In this document: positions 1 to 12,899 of the stretch, piece after piece
Position numbering within the stretch: position 1 is the first letter of the stretch
Layout of the letters: the number at the start of each line of letters is the position of its first letter
Source of the DNA: Ylistrum balloti
Lineage: Eukaryota
DNA length: 64,000 nt
Reading direction: 5' to 3'
NCBI RefSeq assembly: GCF_031769215.1
Contig: NW_026782156.1
Coordinates: 62,001 to 126,000, forward strand
Notes under the pieces: model-generated
The model's database searches: none
The model's input: the letters and a program-made list of their open reading frames with translations, nothing else
Told to the model about the DNA's origin: nothing
Made by a program: the position numbers and the translations under genes

Positions 1-464
1 GAAAAACAGACAATATGTACACCTGAGCAGAATGCCACTCGCAAAGAGGTAGAAATTTCAATAGTTCTTCAGAGGACAAGAACACACACAGTTTGCACTT
101 TTATTGAAGTTTTTGATAAATTATTAGAAAGACATATTCTGATGTAAATCAAGGTTTTAAGGGCAAATTTATTGGAATTTTTGTTGGAATCTGTTATCAC
201 AAATGATCTCCTGACAAACAAGACAACTATAAACCACGTAACAATCTAATAATGGTGACCTACAGAAGCTATATCTAAAATACAGCACAGTAATTACATT
301 ATTTTAATACAAAATGTAAACAACATAATGACAAATTTAAAGTAATTGTATCCAGACAAATTGTTTGTGTAGGTTTTACAAGAATAGATAATGAATTGAA
401 TCTCTTTCTTTGTAGCCACTAACTGCTGAGAAAACGAAATGGATCTAGATCTAGATAAAAGACA

Positions 465-552
465 AGTAATTCTGTGATGGTTCCAGCTTGTCTCGGTACA
501 TGTACGATCAATAACTTCCTCTTGTGAACTAAAATACTATCGGGAATATGGC
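465..552 (-). pseudogene. Possible decayed third copy of PKA-C exon 6
   Basis: By-eye alignment to exon 6A shows co-linear blocks tctcggta.atg, aataa, aatactat (27/50 identical without gaps), then cgggaat.tggc (11/12) after a 16-nt deletion. It reads ..YMYRD.. but has in-frame stops and no acceptor AG. Confidence 0.3.
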
Positions 553-1812
553 ATAAGAAAGGGTAATTATGTAAATTTGTGGCATTCGGCTCCAACTCCA
601 CCCCCACAATAACCAAAACTGCCTTTAGCAACACTTAAATAAGCTACAGCAAGTATATGACTGGATTATATTATCACATATAACTACAAAATATGCATGT
701 ACTACAAATTAGACCTGAAAATCTCCTTCTTTCAGAAAACTGGGTATACATCTTGAAAAAAATATCAACCCAAATAATTTACTGTATTTATTATAAACTT
801 GCAAAGGTAAGAAAATCTATCACCATAAGCTTTACAAGTAATCTTTGACTTTTGAACCTCTTCAAAGATAAAGACTAAACAAACCAGAAAAAAGACATCC
901 TGTTTAACACAGAGAGATACATGCATTATTGTAGCATTATCTGAAGCATTCACTTTGAGTCTAATGCACTTGATGCATTAACCTTGGTATTAACACATAC
1001 AGTAGATTGGGGATCCAGAGGGGCTGCCAGCTGCTGCATCATGTAAGCTGCCAAGTTATCAAACCTCTGACTGGACACAACTAAAGGGCAGGATTTTGGT
1101 CTATCTTTATGTCAGCTAGTCATGCTATAAAAATTTTCTTCATGCAGATCCGTGGCCTTTCTGAATGATAACTTAAATTCCAGCCTTTCAAGGCAATATA
1201 TTAATCTAGAAGCTATACCTGGTCATGCTGCCTAAGATGTTTTCAGGTAGATCTCAGGTCTTGATGTTCCAATGATAACTTACAGTCAAATCCCTCAGAG
1301 CATCACAATCATCTAGAAGCTATACCTAAAAATTCTTACATATATTGAGCATACAAAGCAATTAAACACAAAATGATAAATTTGGTTTGAGATTTCAACA
1401 CAGATCTGACAGTACACACATTCAATACATGCACACATTCAACACATGCAGTGTTATCTAAGCATTTAAGCACATAAAGCAACCTCTACAAGCTGAAGAC
1501 ACCTACATGCTACAGGAAAAGCAAAGAGATAAGGTGAGGTCAAATGGAAAGCAATTACATGCCACAAGACATTAAAGCTCAAATGAGAATTGAGGTTTAG
1601 CTTGCTACAAAGACAAGAATTGTGAGAAATCAGGTAATTAAAAGAAAACCAGTCATGTTCCTTATGTAAGTACCCTTTCACCAGACACTGGACGTTAAGC
1701 ACACACTGAAAGCTTACCCTGGCCTAGGGTAAGGTGTATGTCAGAGCTAGAGACAGTTGCTGTCAGAATATAGCAACAAGTCCTACTGTTTCAGAACAAC
1801 ACCACACCGTAC

Positions 1813-1939
1813 CTTCAGATAACCTTGGGTATCTACGAGTAGGTTTTCTGGTTTTAAATCACGGTACATACAATCCAAATTATGTAAGTATTCCAAGACC
1901 AATACTATTTGTGCAGCATAAAACCTGGAATGCGGCTCA
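1813..1939 (-). CDS. Pka-C1: PKA catalytic subunit, mutually exclusive exon 6B: (S)[42 protein letters not shown]
   Basis: 127 nt; acceptor ctttttgacag, donor AAG|gtacgg; contains the YRDLKPEN catalytic loop; same length and phase (2 in, 0 out) as vertebrate PRKACA exon 6. Confidence 0.95.
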
Positions 1940-2114
1940 CTGTCAAAAAGAAAAAAATGCACAATACATATGTATAGCATTCTATAACAACATGATGCAT
2001 CAACCAAACTATATTAAGGGAGTGAAGGTTAGAGGGACACTGGGAATTGGGGATCACACATATACCACAGGTTGGAAACATTCCTCATCAGCACAGGCAA
2101 AACCTCTTACTTAC

Positions 2115-2241
2115 TTTAAGATAGCCATGAGAGTCAATTAGTAAATTCTCTGGCTTGAGATCTCGGTAAATGAGATCCAAATAATGGAGATATTCAAATG
2201 CCAATACTATTTGAGCTGCATAAAACCGGGAATGTGGCTCA
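2115..2241 (-). CDS. Pka-C1: PKA catalytic subunit, mutually exclusive exon 6A: (S)[42 protein letters not shown]
   Basis: 127 nt; acceptor tttttcctacag, donor AAA|gtaagt; YRDLKPEN loop; paralog of 1813-1939. Confidence 0.95.
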
Positions 2242-4248
2242 CTGTAGGAAAAAAAGACACATTGATGATTAGTACAGGCGGTCAGCTATTCTACCAAGAA
2301 AAAGGGCATATGGGGATGTGTTATTGAATGTGGTCAACTGTGGTCAAGAACAGTAAAAAAAACCGGGTCAAGATAAAATTTGAAATGATAACTCTTTCTC
2401 CCTCATAACATGTCATTTATATATTTTTTTAAAATCATTTAAAATTACATTTAAAATCTGAAAATATTGTTTCCAAAAAAAAACAGTTCCATTGGAAATG
2501 TTCAAGTATAAGTAAGGTAATAATAATTTTCTTTCTTTTAACATTTCCTGGTTTCCCATATAGACAGGGCTTGAAGTCCATAATTCACAAGTTAACTGAT
2601 TATAAATATTATAAATGATTATTTCCACCATGCTGCTCAAACATTTGACATCTGAGACTTGAAATTTAAGTACAGCCAATTAACACAACCCCATCTCAAA
2701 GAAGGATCAGAAATCAATGTTGATGTTTAAACATTTTCGGGCAATGATGTTTGTGAAGACAATCAATAAACACTGTTAGAGTTGAATTGTTCATAGCAAT
2801 GAAAACTACAGTAGATCAAATGTACACGTATTATAAAATTTCAAATTCAGTAAAGTTTTGAAAAATGTATACAACTAATTCATAGTTTTAAATTAGTTTT
2901 GTGGGTTTCAAAGATTAATTTCCTAGGAAACATTCTTCCAATTTCCAAGATTTTCCTATATGTCAGAAATGAGTGACAAAAATCAATACTATAAATTCCA
3001 GATGTGAATGCTTAATGTGAAAATAACATAAATGTAGCTTTCTATTATACAGAATTATATTCTGTACTATTTGATAGTTTCTGTAGTAAAAAACAATCAT
3101 CTGTTTTATATAAGAGTCCTATTCAAGAATGTTAACATTTGACCTACAAAGGAAATGTCACTTTTAAAATTATTTCCATTAAAATTGCAAATTGACTGAA
3201 AACCATCTGTAAGATACCATAACAGAGAAAATATTTTCTCTGTCTTGTATCAAAGAGAGTATAACAATCTGAAAATAACTGTATATCAAACGATAAATGG
3301 ATATGAAGAAATAATTTCACAACTCGAGTCTAAACAAATGGGAGAAGAAGAAAAGAATGTGATGTATATTATAAAGTGCTGTATGGTATGACAGAAATTG
3401 GATTATGAATGATATGAATGACTAACTGAAAATGAAAAGTTTTAATTAATGGCTCTGGTATGTTCTCACCAAGTGACCATAGCTGAATATGAACCTATAG
3501 TTAGAATGATTTAGAAAGATAACTCAATATTAAAGCAGATCCATACAATAATATGTATAGATACACAGAATCACAAGAATCCGTTGTTTTGCTGAAACTT
3601 ACTACATTGTGTTCTCCCCTTATAATAAGCAAATAATCATAAACAAGGGTCTGCATTCTGTTCCCATAATCTGAATTTTAGAAGAAATTCCTCAAGGTTT
3701 AAAAACTCATATTAATCTCCAAATTTTCCTTTTTTTCAACAATTAAGCCAAAACTTTTTCAAAATTAGATTTTTCTGAATAAGGATTAGAGAGTCATTCA
3801 GATTCCATACTTTGTGTTGCAATGGAAAAATACAAAATTTGACAATCTTTGAACAGTTCATTTAATGAAATGTTTACAATAAAAATTATCATAATCTTGA
3901 TCTATGTCACTAGCTCAAGCTGCCAAAATTATCCCTTATCTTCATCTATTTTTCCCTTCTCTCTCTTATATAAGGACTTTACTTGTACATTACACATGTA
4001 ATCTGCAATCATTTTAAAGCATGTATATATATTTTCTTATATCCCTGCATATATATTTATTTCTTTATGTACTCTTAAATGATTGTACATGTACAAAAGA
4101 CAGTGAATAACACCTTTCTATACAAATTTAATTTATTCATATTTATCAAAATTCTGATCTTGAATTCATAATTCATAAGTTACCACTTTAAGGTAATATA
4201 ATCACACTGATGTTTACTCAATTCAATTCATCTATCAGTTGCTTAAAG

Positions 4249-5057
4249 AAGGGCTGTAACGAGTACCCATGTACCAGTATACGGGTCGGTTTTGAGAAAT
4301 AACCAGTCTGAAAATATGTACCCAGATACCTGTCAAAATAGGAAACATTCTGTCTTCCCTCAGTGTTTACATTTCAGATCATTTAAGTAATACAATATCT
4401 CACTCAATTGTTCTGTTTTCATTTACTTTGGATGACACTTTATCTGTTTGTTTCATTTCCACATTCAACATTGTCATACTTTAGTCTTCTCACTACCACA
4501 ATTCATTTTGGGAACCGTCAAACATGTGTTTACACAGCAGACTTGTGTACTGTATTTTACCCTGTTACCATGGATAACATGCAAGGATTCCCGAATTTCT
4601 CGTTTGAATTAAACAACATTCTTATTCGTTTATCTATGTTTTGATTACAGGTTGTTGGTGTTGTTGCTATGATGTCATTGTCGAGCACAATAACAATGTC
4701 TCATTCTCATTCAACTTCCTGTTGTAAGCAACATCATTGTACCATATTTTCGATAAGCTTGAGGGGGTTACGTTTTGTCAACTTTTGATCCAATGTGATT
4801 TGTCTCGAGATCATGTAAATTACAAAACAGTTGATAGATGCAAAGAAATGAACATAATAATATCATAAGTGAAGCATTGTGTTCATACAATGTATGGTAT
4901 ATGGTTGATTTTTATTCGTTACTGAGGTTACAAGCCCTTTTCAACATGGTAATACGATGTTTCATTATATGTCAGATAAAATTTGGGTACCTAGGTATCA
5001 GTCGGGTAATAAAATTTGGGTACCCTGGCCCAAAATTTTGTACCCGAGACAGCCCTA
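4249..5057. mobile_element. Non-autonomous hAT-like DNA transposon (MITE, about 810 bp) in PKA-C intron 5
   Basis: Imperfect terminal inverted repeats aagggctgtaacgagtac ... gtacccgagacagcccta; flanking 8-mers gcttaaag / ctttaaag (6/8 identical) consistent with a hAT 8-bp target site duplication; no transposase ORF. Confidence 0.65.
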
Positions 5058-5207
5058 CTTTAAAGCTTATTCCAGCCATTTCCATTTCAAAGGATTGTCC
5101 TTTGATTAATGTTTTCACTAAGTTTAGAGCTTCCATTTCATCCAAGTCAGATTTTCATTGCCCTATAAAACAGGTTACTTATTTCTGTGTTAGCTTAAAT
5201 AACATAC

Positions 5208-5290
5208 CTGAATCTTCCTATTCTCCTGAGATGTGAAAACATTTCTCCACCTGTCACAAACTCCAACACCATATACAAATTTGAGTTGTC
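5208..5290 (-). CDS. Pka-C1: PKA catalytic subunit exon 5: [27 protein letters not shown](S)
   Basis: 83 nt; acceptor atttcctcag, donor AG|gtatgt; near-identical to the PKA-C hinge region. Confidence 0.97.
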
Positions 5291-6229
5291 CTGAGGAAAT
5301 AAACAAAAAGTACAAAATCTTAGTGAAAATATACATAATATTTATAATGACAATGAAAATGACTCTATCACTTAATAGACCCAGAAAATTTTCTCACACT
5401 GACTGTAATGAGATCAGATAAACTCAGCCAATACAAAGCAAAGCACTACATTAATTATATATGCAATCAACATCTTTGGCCAATTTTCAGAGGGAAAATG
5501 GGCCTTATCCTTAATTGTGTATCGTGGGACAAGTGACCTGAAAGATTGAAGTAGTCCTTCTTCTAGAGATTCTCAGATCCAAACTCAGCAATTGTAGGCA
5601 ATTAATGAACTACAGGATGTAACGCAGAGCATAGTTGGGTAAAAGATAAAAGTTTTGTGGATACAGCATATGGGGTATGCCTCAAGCAAACAGACTGTGA
5701 ACAAAGGGCTTTAACTCTGTATACCGAGATCTTCATGGACTTTTTTTTCAGTTCTGATTGGTAACAAAACTATTAACAATCAGATAGAGCAATAACTCCA
5801 TCTGATCATCAATTCATATTTACACACTCTTCTTATTCTCATATTCTTTTTAATAAAGCTACAATAAGATGCCAGCTTAAGTACAACACTGGCAAGACCA
5901 TTTGACAAAATATCAAAATCATTGTCGATAGGTATCAATTAAAAAGTTTCAATGATTATCAGTATTATAAGGGCTTCAACAGGACAACACAAGGAACAAT
6001 GTGTACTTATAAATAGATTAATTCATAAATATGACTTACACAACAAGGGTTCATGCAGTATGTGTTGGGAGTTTCTAATGCACTGACATGTATTGGTAGG
6101 TGGCCAAGCTTTGTAAGCTTTGTTGTTTTCTAATTTGTTGGTTTACCAACACTTAAAAATTGTTTAGTATGACCTTCTGACCTTAATGGCATGACTTTGA
6201 TAACTAAATGGTAGAAAAATGTGACTTAC

Positions 6230-6328
6230 CTTGAAATGATACTCTAAACTAACAAGGAATGGAAAATTGATGGCTTGCAAAATCCTCTTTTCATTCAAAG
6301 TATGCTCTACTTGTTTTAATTTCACAAC
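6230..6328 (-). CDS. Pka-C1: PKA catalytic subunit exon 4: [33 protein letters not shown]
   Basis: 99 nt; acceptor cctattcag, donor AAG|gtaagt; alphaB/alphaC region of PKA-C. Confidence 0.97.
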
Positions 6329-7220
6329 CTGAATAGGAGAAAAAAAATATCTCCATTATTCACATCATAAAGGTAAATGTTCAGGAACACACACCATGAA
6401 ACCTAATTATGGTAACAAGTTAATAATTCAATCCTCATTCTATTAGTACATTCTGAATTATTCAGTGTAATTAGCAGTTACAATGTTGGCGTTGAATACA
6501 TATGGATCCATCTCCTTTAAGGTTTCTACTCCACGTGTGAACATATTACCTGTATCATGTCAACTCATTGAGCAAGATTCACCAAAGTTTTTTTAAAAAC
6601 AATATTTTTAGACAAAATATATCAACTAGGTCTCTACCACATGTACTTTTACATTAAGTTTCTAATCATGAAATCAATCTCTCCTGTAAGTCATTATCAG
6701 AAGACTGCTAACCAACTATAAATCAAGTATCAGAATAGTCATGAGGCTCATTTTTAACGATCGCATGTTTACCAAAGTAAAATGCACCAGTTATCCTTTG
6801 ATCATTATGAGCTACAGATGGACAAAAAAAAAAATAATAATCAAAATTGCTGACACTTAAACCAATGCATGACCTGTGATATTTATATATATTGTTTTAT
6901 GTTAGTTATATAACAAAAAAGGTGTCAGCATCTTAACTTTACTGAGACACCAAAAAATGTTTTTGAAGACATTTTGTATGGTGACCACTTATATTTTTGT
7001 GTGTTACTATCTTTTACTACTTATAGTTAAAGTGTTGGAAGATATTGTATGCGCTTCAGATGTATGAATTGACTATCAACATTTTGTCGTTGAAAACGTT
7101 TCTAAATAAACAATAATATAAATTGCTTCTCAAACCGTATTAAATGTCCTGTTAAATGCATGTCTACCCAGGAATCTAGAGGTCAAAACAAATCATATGT
7201 TCAGTCACAAAGAAACCTAC

Positions 7221-7349
7221 CTTTTGTTTGTCTAAGATTTTCATGGCATAGTATTCTCTGTTTTGCTTATGTTGCACCAACATGACCCGACCAAATGACC
7301 CTGTACCCAGGGTCTTTATCCGGTCGAAGTCATCAAGGCAGGCTGTGTT
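7221..7349 (-). CDS. Pka-C1: PKA catalytic subunit exon 3: [43 protein letters not shown]
   Basis: 129 nt; acceptor cctttacag, donor AAG|gtaggt; glycine-rich loop GTGSFG and the AMK catalytic lysine. Confidence 0.97.
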
Positions 7350-8227
7350 CTGTAAAGGAAAATAGCACGTATTATTTCAATTTTTCACTTTCCTTGTTGT
7401 ATCAGACATTCTGAACAATACAATTCTTGGGTGTAGCCATAGTTCATTCCAATCACAGACTGGAAATTACAATATAAATTTTAAATCCAAAGTACATACA
7501 CATTTCATGTGTACCTGTGAGTGGCCTCAGTATGAAATTTAAATTTCTTGTAAATAAAAACATATATATGCAAATTTGTGGTATCATACTTTTTTTAAGG
7601 GTCTTATTATGAGCCCCTATTCCTTAAACTGGATTTATTTTGTAATATGGCTGAACTCCCAAACAACATAGTTTACTTCTAAAAATTACCTACCCAATTA
7701 TATTTTTTCTTCCCAAAATGAGATAAAAAAAGCCCATGCAAATGGGTGGATATATAACCTTGATGTATTTAAGGAATTACTGCTCATTAAAATGAAATCT
7801 TGTAAAATTCATCAATACATCATCAAAATATAATATTATACTGAAGCAGTCGAGATATTGTGAAAGTTGTATTTAAAGATTTACTGCTCTTTAAAACTGT
7901 TGCAAGATTTATCAATACACCATTAAAATATAATATTCTACCAATACATTGAAGATTTTTCACCTTTTCTACACATTTATTCTATATATAATTCTTTTTT
8001 GCACATTTATTCCATATATAATTAATTTTTGAACTGATGTTAAAATTTCCAATTGAAAAAAAAGCGACTTTAGTCACTGGAAAGGCATAAATGGGTTTGA
8101 TCTGCTGTTTTAAGTGTTCAGTTTATGTAAATCATTTAAACCATGAATATACAAAAACATTCATGACGTTCAATATACGTGTATATTAAGATTCCCATCC
8201 ATATACATCTATTATTATAGCTACATG

Positions 8228-8584
8228 ATTAATGAATTAACAACAACAGTAGGGACAAGTGAATTGTCCAATTTTCCAATCGTCCCTTTATCAGGACCAA
8301 AATATTACATAAACTACATTACATACATAGAATATGAAACAAACACAAAGTTATAAACTAAAACTGAGAACAGTAGTGAAGAAATGATCAAGACACATAA
8401 ATTTACACTATGTAATGTAATTTATGTGATATTATGTCTTTATAAAAGGGCAGATTGCCTCAAAGTTTGACAATTCACTTGTCCATACATACTGTTGTTG
8501 TTACTTCATTAATTATATATCTATTCTAGTTATATGCATCCAACAAACATTTGTTTGTTAGGATCCAGTACCAATATTGGACCA
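8228..8584. mobile_element. Fold-back/MITE-like element with about 45-bp inverted repeats plus a conserved 3' segment
   Basis: attaatgaattaacaacaacagtagggacaagtgaattgtc (from 8228) is the inverse of gacaattcacttgtcc...actgttgttgttacttcattaat (8469-8513). The following segment, to ..gtaccaatattggacca, recurs at about 47710-47796. Confidence 0.6.
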
Positions 8585-9271
8585 CACTGCTGTCACATAC
8601 ACCTAATTTTACAGTTTACTTCATTGCTTGGTTTAAATGTATCCAATTTATTTTGAAGGTGCTATTCACCTATCTTTTCTATATAGTATGTGTAACTGAA
8701 AACATATAATGCCACTTAACATCATTACAGTTCACAACACTATCTAAACCTCCTGATCATGAGCAATGTGTATATATAATTCACTGACAATATGAAACAT
8801 TTTCTATAACTGACCTTTTCAATTTTCTCCAAAAACAAAATCAATTACTACAAAGGATATATCACCTTGTAAATAAGCTACAATTTTGTAGATTGGCTGA
8901 TATTATTAGGACAAAGCCTTCACTATCCAAACATGGTATACTGATATCTTGTTCGCAGGATTTCAGTGCAATTTACCAATTACAGACTATTGATAAAGAT
9001 GAATGATCATAATAATTACATACTGTTGTTCCTTTTAAGTTATCACTATCAACTGAATGTCACATCAGTAAATAGAGACATTCAAATCTATTAATCTGTT
9101 TATGCATATTAAAAGGATCAAATTTGCATGCCAATAATGAAATAATTACAAATATCCTAATTAATATCCCTTTTTTAAAGCACAGAGATTCAAAAGGATA
9201 TGGGAATACATACCGGTACTTATATCGTCTATGTAAACTTATAGTTCCATCTTTCTTACATATATATTTAC

Positions 9272-9333
9272 CTGTTGCGGGTGATCCCATTTGTGTGTGA
9301 AATCTTCTCTGGCTTTAGTTAGAAACTCCTTGA
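9272..9333 (-). CDS. Pka-C1: PKA catalytic subunit exon 2: (x)KEFLTKAREDFTHKWDHPQQ (alphaA helix); shared acceptor for all alternative first exons
   Basis: 62 nt; acceptor cttttattttcag, donor CAG|gtaaat; starts in phase 1 with TC; same size as PRKACA exon 2. Confidence 0.96.
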
Positions 9334-12300
9334 CTGAAAATAAAAGAAAAATACCACTGAATCTTTCATTTTCATGTAATGTGGATAAAGTTTTCTAAAC
9401 TCATTGTGGTTATAGATGTATTTTCAAAATACCATCTTAACAGTTGAGATATTTATAACTTTAAAGCAATGAATGATGATCAAAAAGTGGATGACAACTA
9501 TATATATGCCAAACTGCTACCCTTCCACAAAAAAAGAACACCACCAAAAAAACACAACATTGTCTTTATTACTATACATGTATAACTGCATATTCTTGTC
9601 TATAATGAAATATGTGACAATAATGAAAAAAAAATCTATCCCAATACAATTACAAAGCTTTTGTACTGCAGAAATAGAATTTAATTTCTTTGAAATCCGA
9701 TTCTACCATAGACAAGTTCAGTTTTCCAGCAATTATGTCCAACCCAAAAGAATCTGTAAATGTGCACACCAACTAAATAATTTCATTCACATATGGTCTT
9801 AGCTTCCTATATCTAGCTTCAATTTCCAACTTTGATTAAAGTATTACACAGGAATGGGATCAATATGGAAACACAAAATTTTTAATATCTTGTTAACAGC
9901 CACATAAAGAACACTGTCTGATGGGAAAGGATTCTAAACATACCAATTAATATGACTATGTGATATCCAGTATCATAAAAGTTATCAGTGATTTCTAAGT
10001 ACAGGTAAAAGTGACTTTATCTCTTCAAATTCAATGGCAACTGATTAAGAAACCACATGTACACCACAACAAAGTCAGATGAAACATTCCTATCTTAGTA
10101 ACAAAGATATGATCATGGGGCCAGATATATATGAAGGTGCTTATATTGATAATACCTGTAAGTAAGAAAAGAGGGGGCTAAAGTTGGACAGCCTAGTACA
10201 AAACATTTCTACAACAGCAACAACTCCTGTATGGAGAAGACTTCTTTGTACATTAAAATAAGAGCACTTATTAAGTATAATTATAAATAAATCTATCATT
10301 GTTCTACAATAACTTCATGCATGTGTTTCAATGATCAATGTTAATCAAATGAAGTTTTGATTAACCATTATATGAAGGTGTTAAATGAGACAATTTTTTC
10401 CAGGTTTTATCATCTGGTTAAGTGTAAATATATTCAATATTTATTATAACTATGAACATTACTCTATATTGTCCTTTTTATCATTGATTATACTCCTAAA
10501 AGATCCATTTATGACAGGTGTAATATACCCTAGTTTACATCAAGCAGAAATTCTTTTATAGACATATATAAAAATAAAAATTATCATTCATGACATGTCA
10601 GGTGTATTATAGTGTATAATAACTTGAGGTTTAGAAACAACCATCATTAGAAAATATGTATTTAGGATTACAGTGTGTAAGTATGTATTATAAAGTTAAG
10701 CTAGACCGACCCTGCATACACATATGCAAGTCAGGAAATTGAATTTACAAGATAAATTGTACCCTTTATAGTACTAAATTCAGAACAAGCTGTTTATTTA
10801 CCTCTGTTTACATGTGTATCAGGAATCACTCTGAGGAAAGCTTTAAGTAGTGTTAACAATGATCATTCCAAAATCTCATTATATTTCTCAGAATGAACAC
10901 TTTGTATTATAAATGATATATTAATATATCCACTTTCTGCAAATCTTTAAAATCTATCTCCCCTTATCTTGACCCAGAGTTTCCTTTCTATATATGTTCA
11001 GCAATAATTCAAATGATGTACAAACTTATTAGGAGTGAGCTAGCACTTGACATACAATATGAACTTCTTGATGTAATAGGAATTGTCCACTTGTCAAGGA
11101 GTCAAATGTGAATTTGTGTTCTCCTTGTGAAGGTTGTATATAAACTGCATCCATTAGGTTACTCTCCCACTGTTTTAGTAAACTGTAGCAAAGACAATGT
11201 GATCCTCATGAAGAAAAGATAAACACTTCAGTTTTTATAAACTTATAACAGGTCAAAATGTTACAAGATTACCAAGATATTTCACAAGCAATGTACACTG
11301 ATCTAGATGGATAACAACTGAACTAATGATGATATGAAGAAAATTCTCAACTCAAGCATTTTCAGTACGATTTTCAATTATACATCCATATTCAAACATG
11401 TTTATAAATTTGTATAACCAATATCAAATTACTGAACCATTAAGCAAGAATGAAAATCTTAACATCTGGCACATCAAAGGATCAAACCGACAATCGTCCA
11501 AGTGTGGTTTACATTTGCATATGGTATCACCTGGCATCATCAATGAATGAATGAACACACACATCCAGTGGACTTTTGACATTTCACTTTAAAACCCACA
11601 AAGCAAAACTCATTAGGGTGTCAAAAATACACTCTCAATGGTCTACTGAATGATCTGGCAGACAAACTGTTAGAGAAAATGTTGACAGAATTTCACAATC
11701 ACTCAAATGCTATTGTATTTACAGTGTTAAAAAACTTTGCTTCAGTGTTTATGGTGTGTACTACCTAATGCTGTTGATGAGTGCAAGTACGTGCATATTA
11801 AAGGGACTTACTAAAAATTTTAGGAATCAGTTTAGTGATATCTAGGTCACATTTGAAAACCAAATATACAATCAACAATTTGCAAGATTGAATTGTGGAA
11901 AATTCAGACAATTTCTGATTGAGAATGCCAACCATACCTTAAGTATATCATATATGCAGGAATGTACCTGTATGTTGTTTTGCAATGTTTAGTACAATGT
12001 TTTGCATCATAATTATACATGTTATTTATACTGTCACACCAATCATTTCTTACTTTAATTTTCTTCTAAAAAGCAGATAAATTAAAATCCTTTGTTTTAT
12101 TATCAAATGTCATCAACTATTGAAATAGAGCAGAGACTTTCCATGTATATCGATAGAGAGAGAAGCACAATATCATACTGTCAAATGACTGATCATGAAA
12201 AACTCCCTTACAGTGTTATATATGTAATGACGTGAACCGGTATTGCATTTTACACTACTTACTTTCGTAAAGAATACAATATTATCCAACATATTCATTT

Positions 12301-12660
12301 AATATGTTCTTCACAACAAGGTGCTTACGTAAAATCTGAAACTTTTCCCCTAATTTACCACGTTAGATTGATTTAATTTCCCAAGCAACATGACAGCAAA
12401 GTAAATGACGTTTGATTATCATAATTAATGAGGGAGAGAATGTAATCACACAATTACGGTACGATGGACAATTTAAGTTAACTATTCTGATGTAATAGTA
12501 GGGATTAATATTTCCTAGTTGTCAAAACTTTTAAGGCTAATAACACGTGAGAATATTTGGATGTTTGGTAATGCTATTTCCCTAGCAATCGAAATTTTGT
12601 CGATGGCCCATCAACATCTTAGCTCGTATGCGGCTTTTAGAAACCCCATATTACACCTAC

Positions 12661-12706
12661 CGCTTTCTGCAGAATCTCCCTTTTTCGATGCAGCAGCATT
12701 GCCCAT
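12661..12706 (-). CDS. Pka-C1: PKA catalytic subunit first coding exon N1: MGNAAASKKGDSAES(V), Gly2 myristoylation type
   Basis: 46 nt, ATG..AGC G|gtaggt, phase 1; matches the MGNAAxxKKG N-terminus of C-alpha and invertebrate N1. Confidence 0.95.
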
Positions 12707-12899
12707 GGCCTCAAGAAATTATAAAGTGATGAAAACGTGATGATCTACGAACTGAATTTTCTGAATAAACACTTTCCTCTTCGTGAATGGTATAATCTAC
12801 GTCCATGAACCGAAACTCAGCTAATATATCCTTACTCGGTTCTGAATTTCATTACGACAACGAGGGGAAAATAAATCAAGAATTCATATTGATGCTTGC

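Noticed and set aside
1-460. PKA-C exon 7 (VTDFGFAKRV...)
   Set aside because: Searched the minus strand and did not find it; presumably beyond the window edge.
1230-1285. Second possible exon-6 relic (reads DL-PENIL)
   Set aside because: Needs several gaps, is preceded by an in-frame stop and overlaps a local duplication; not distinguishable from chance by eye.
11531-11540. MMP phase-1 mini first exon
   Set aside because: Weak donor (gtgata), very short, no promoter context; expected by chance.
12263-12298. ATG exon MNMLDNIVFFTK with a gtaagt donor
   Set aside because: Phase 0, so incompatible with exon 2; skipping exon 2 would delete the alphaA helix.
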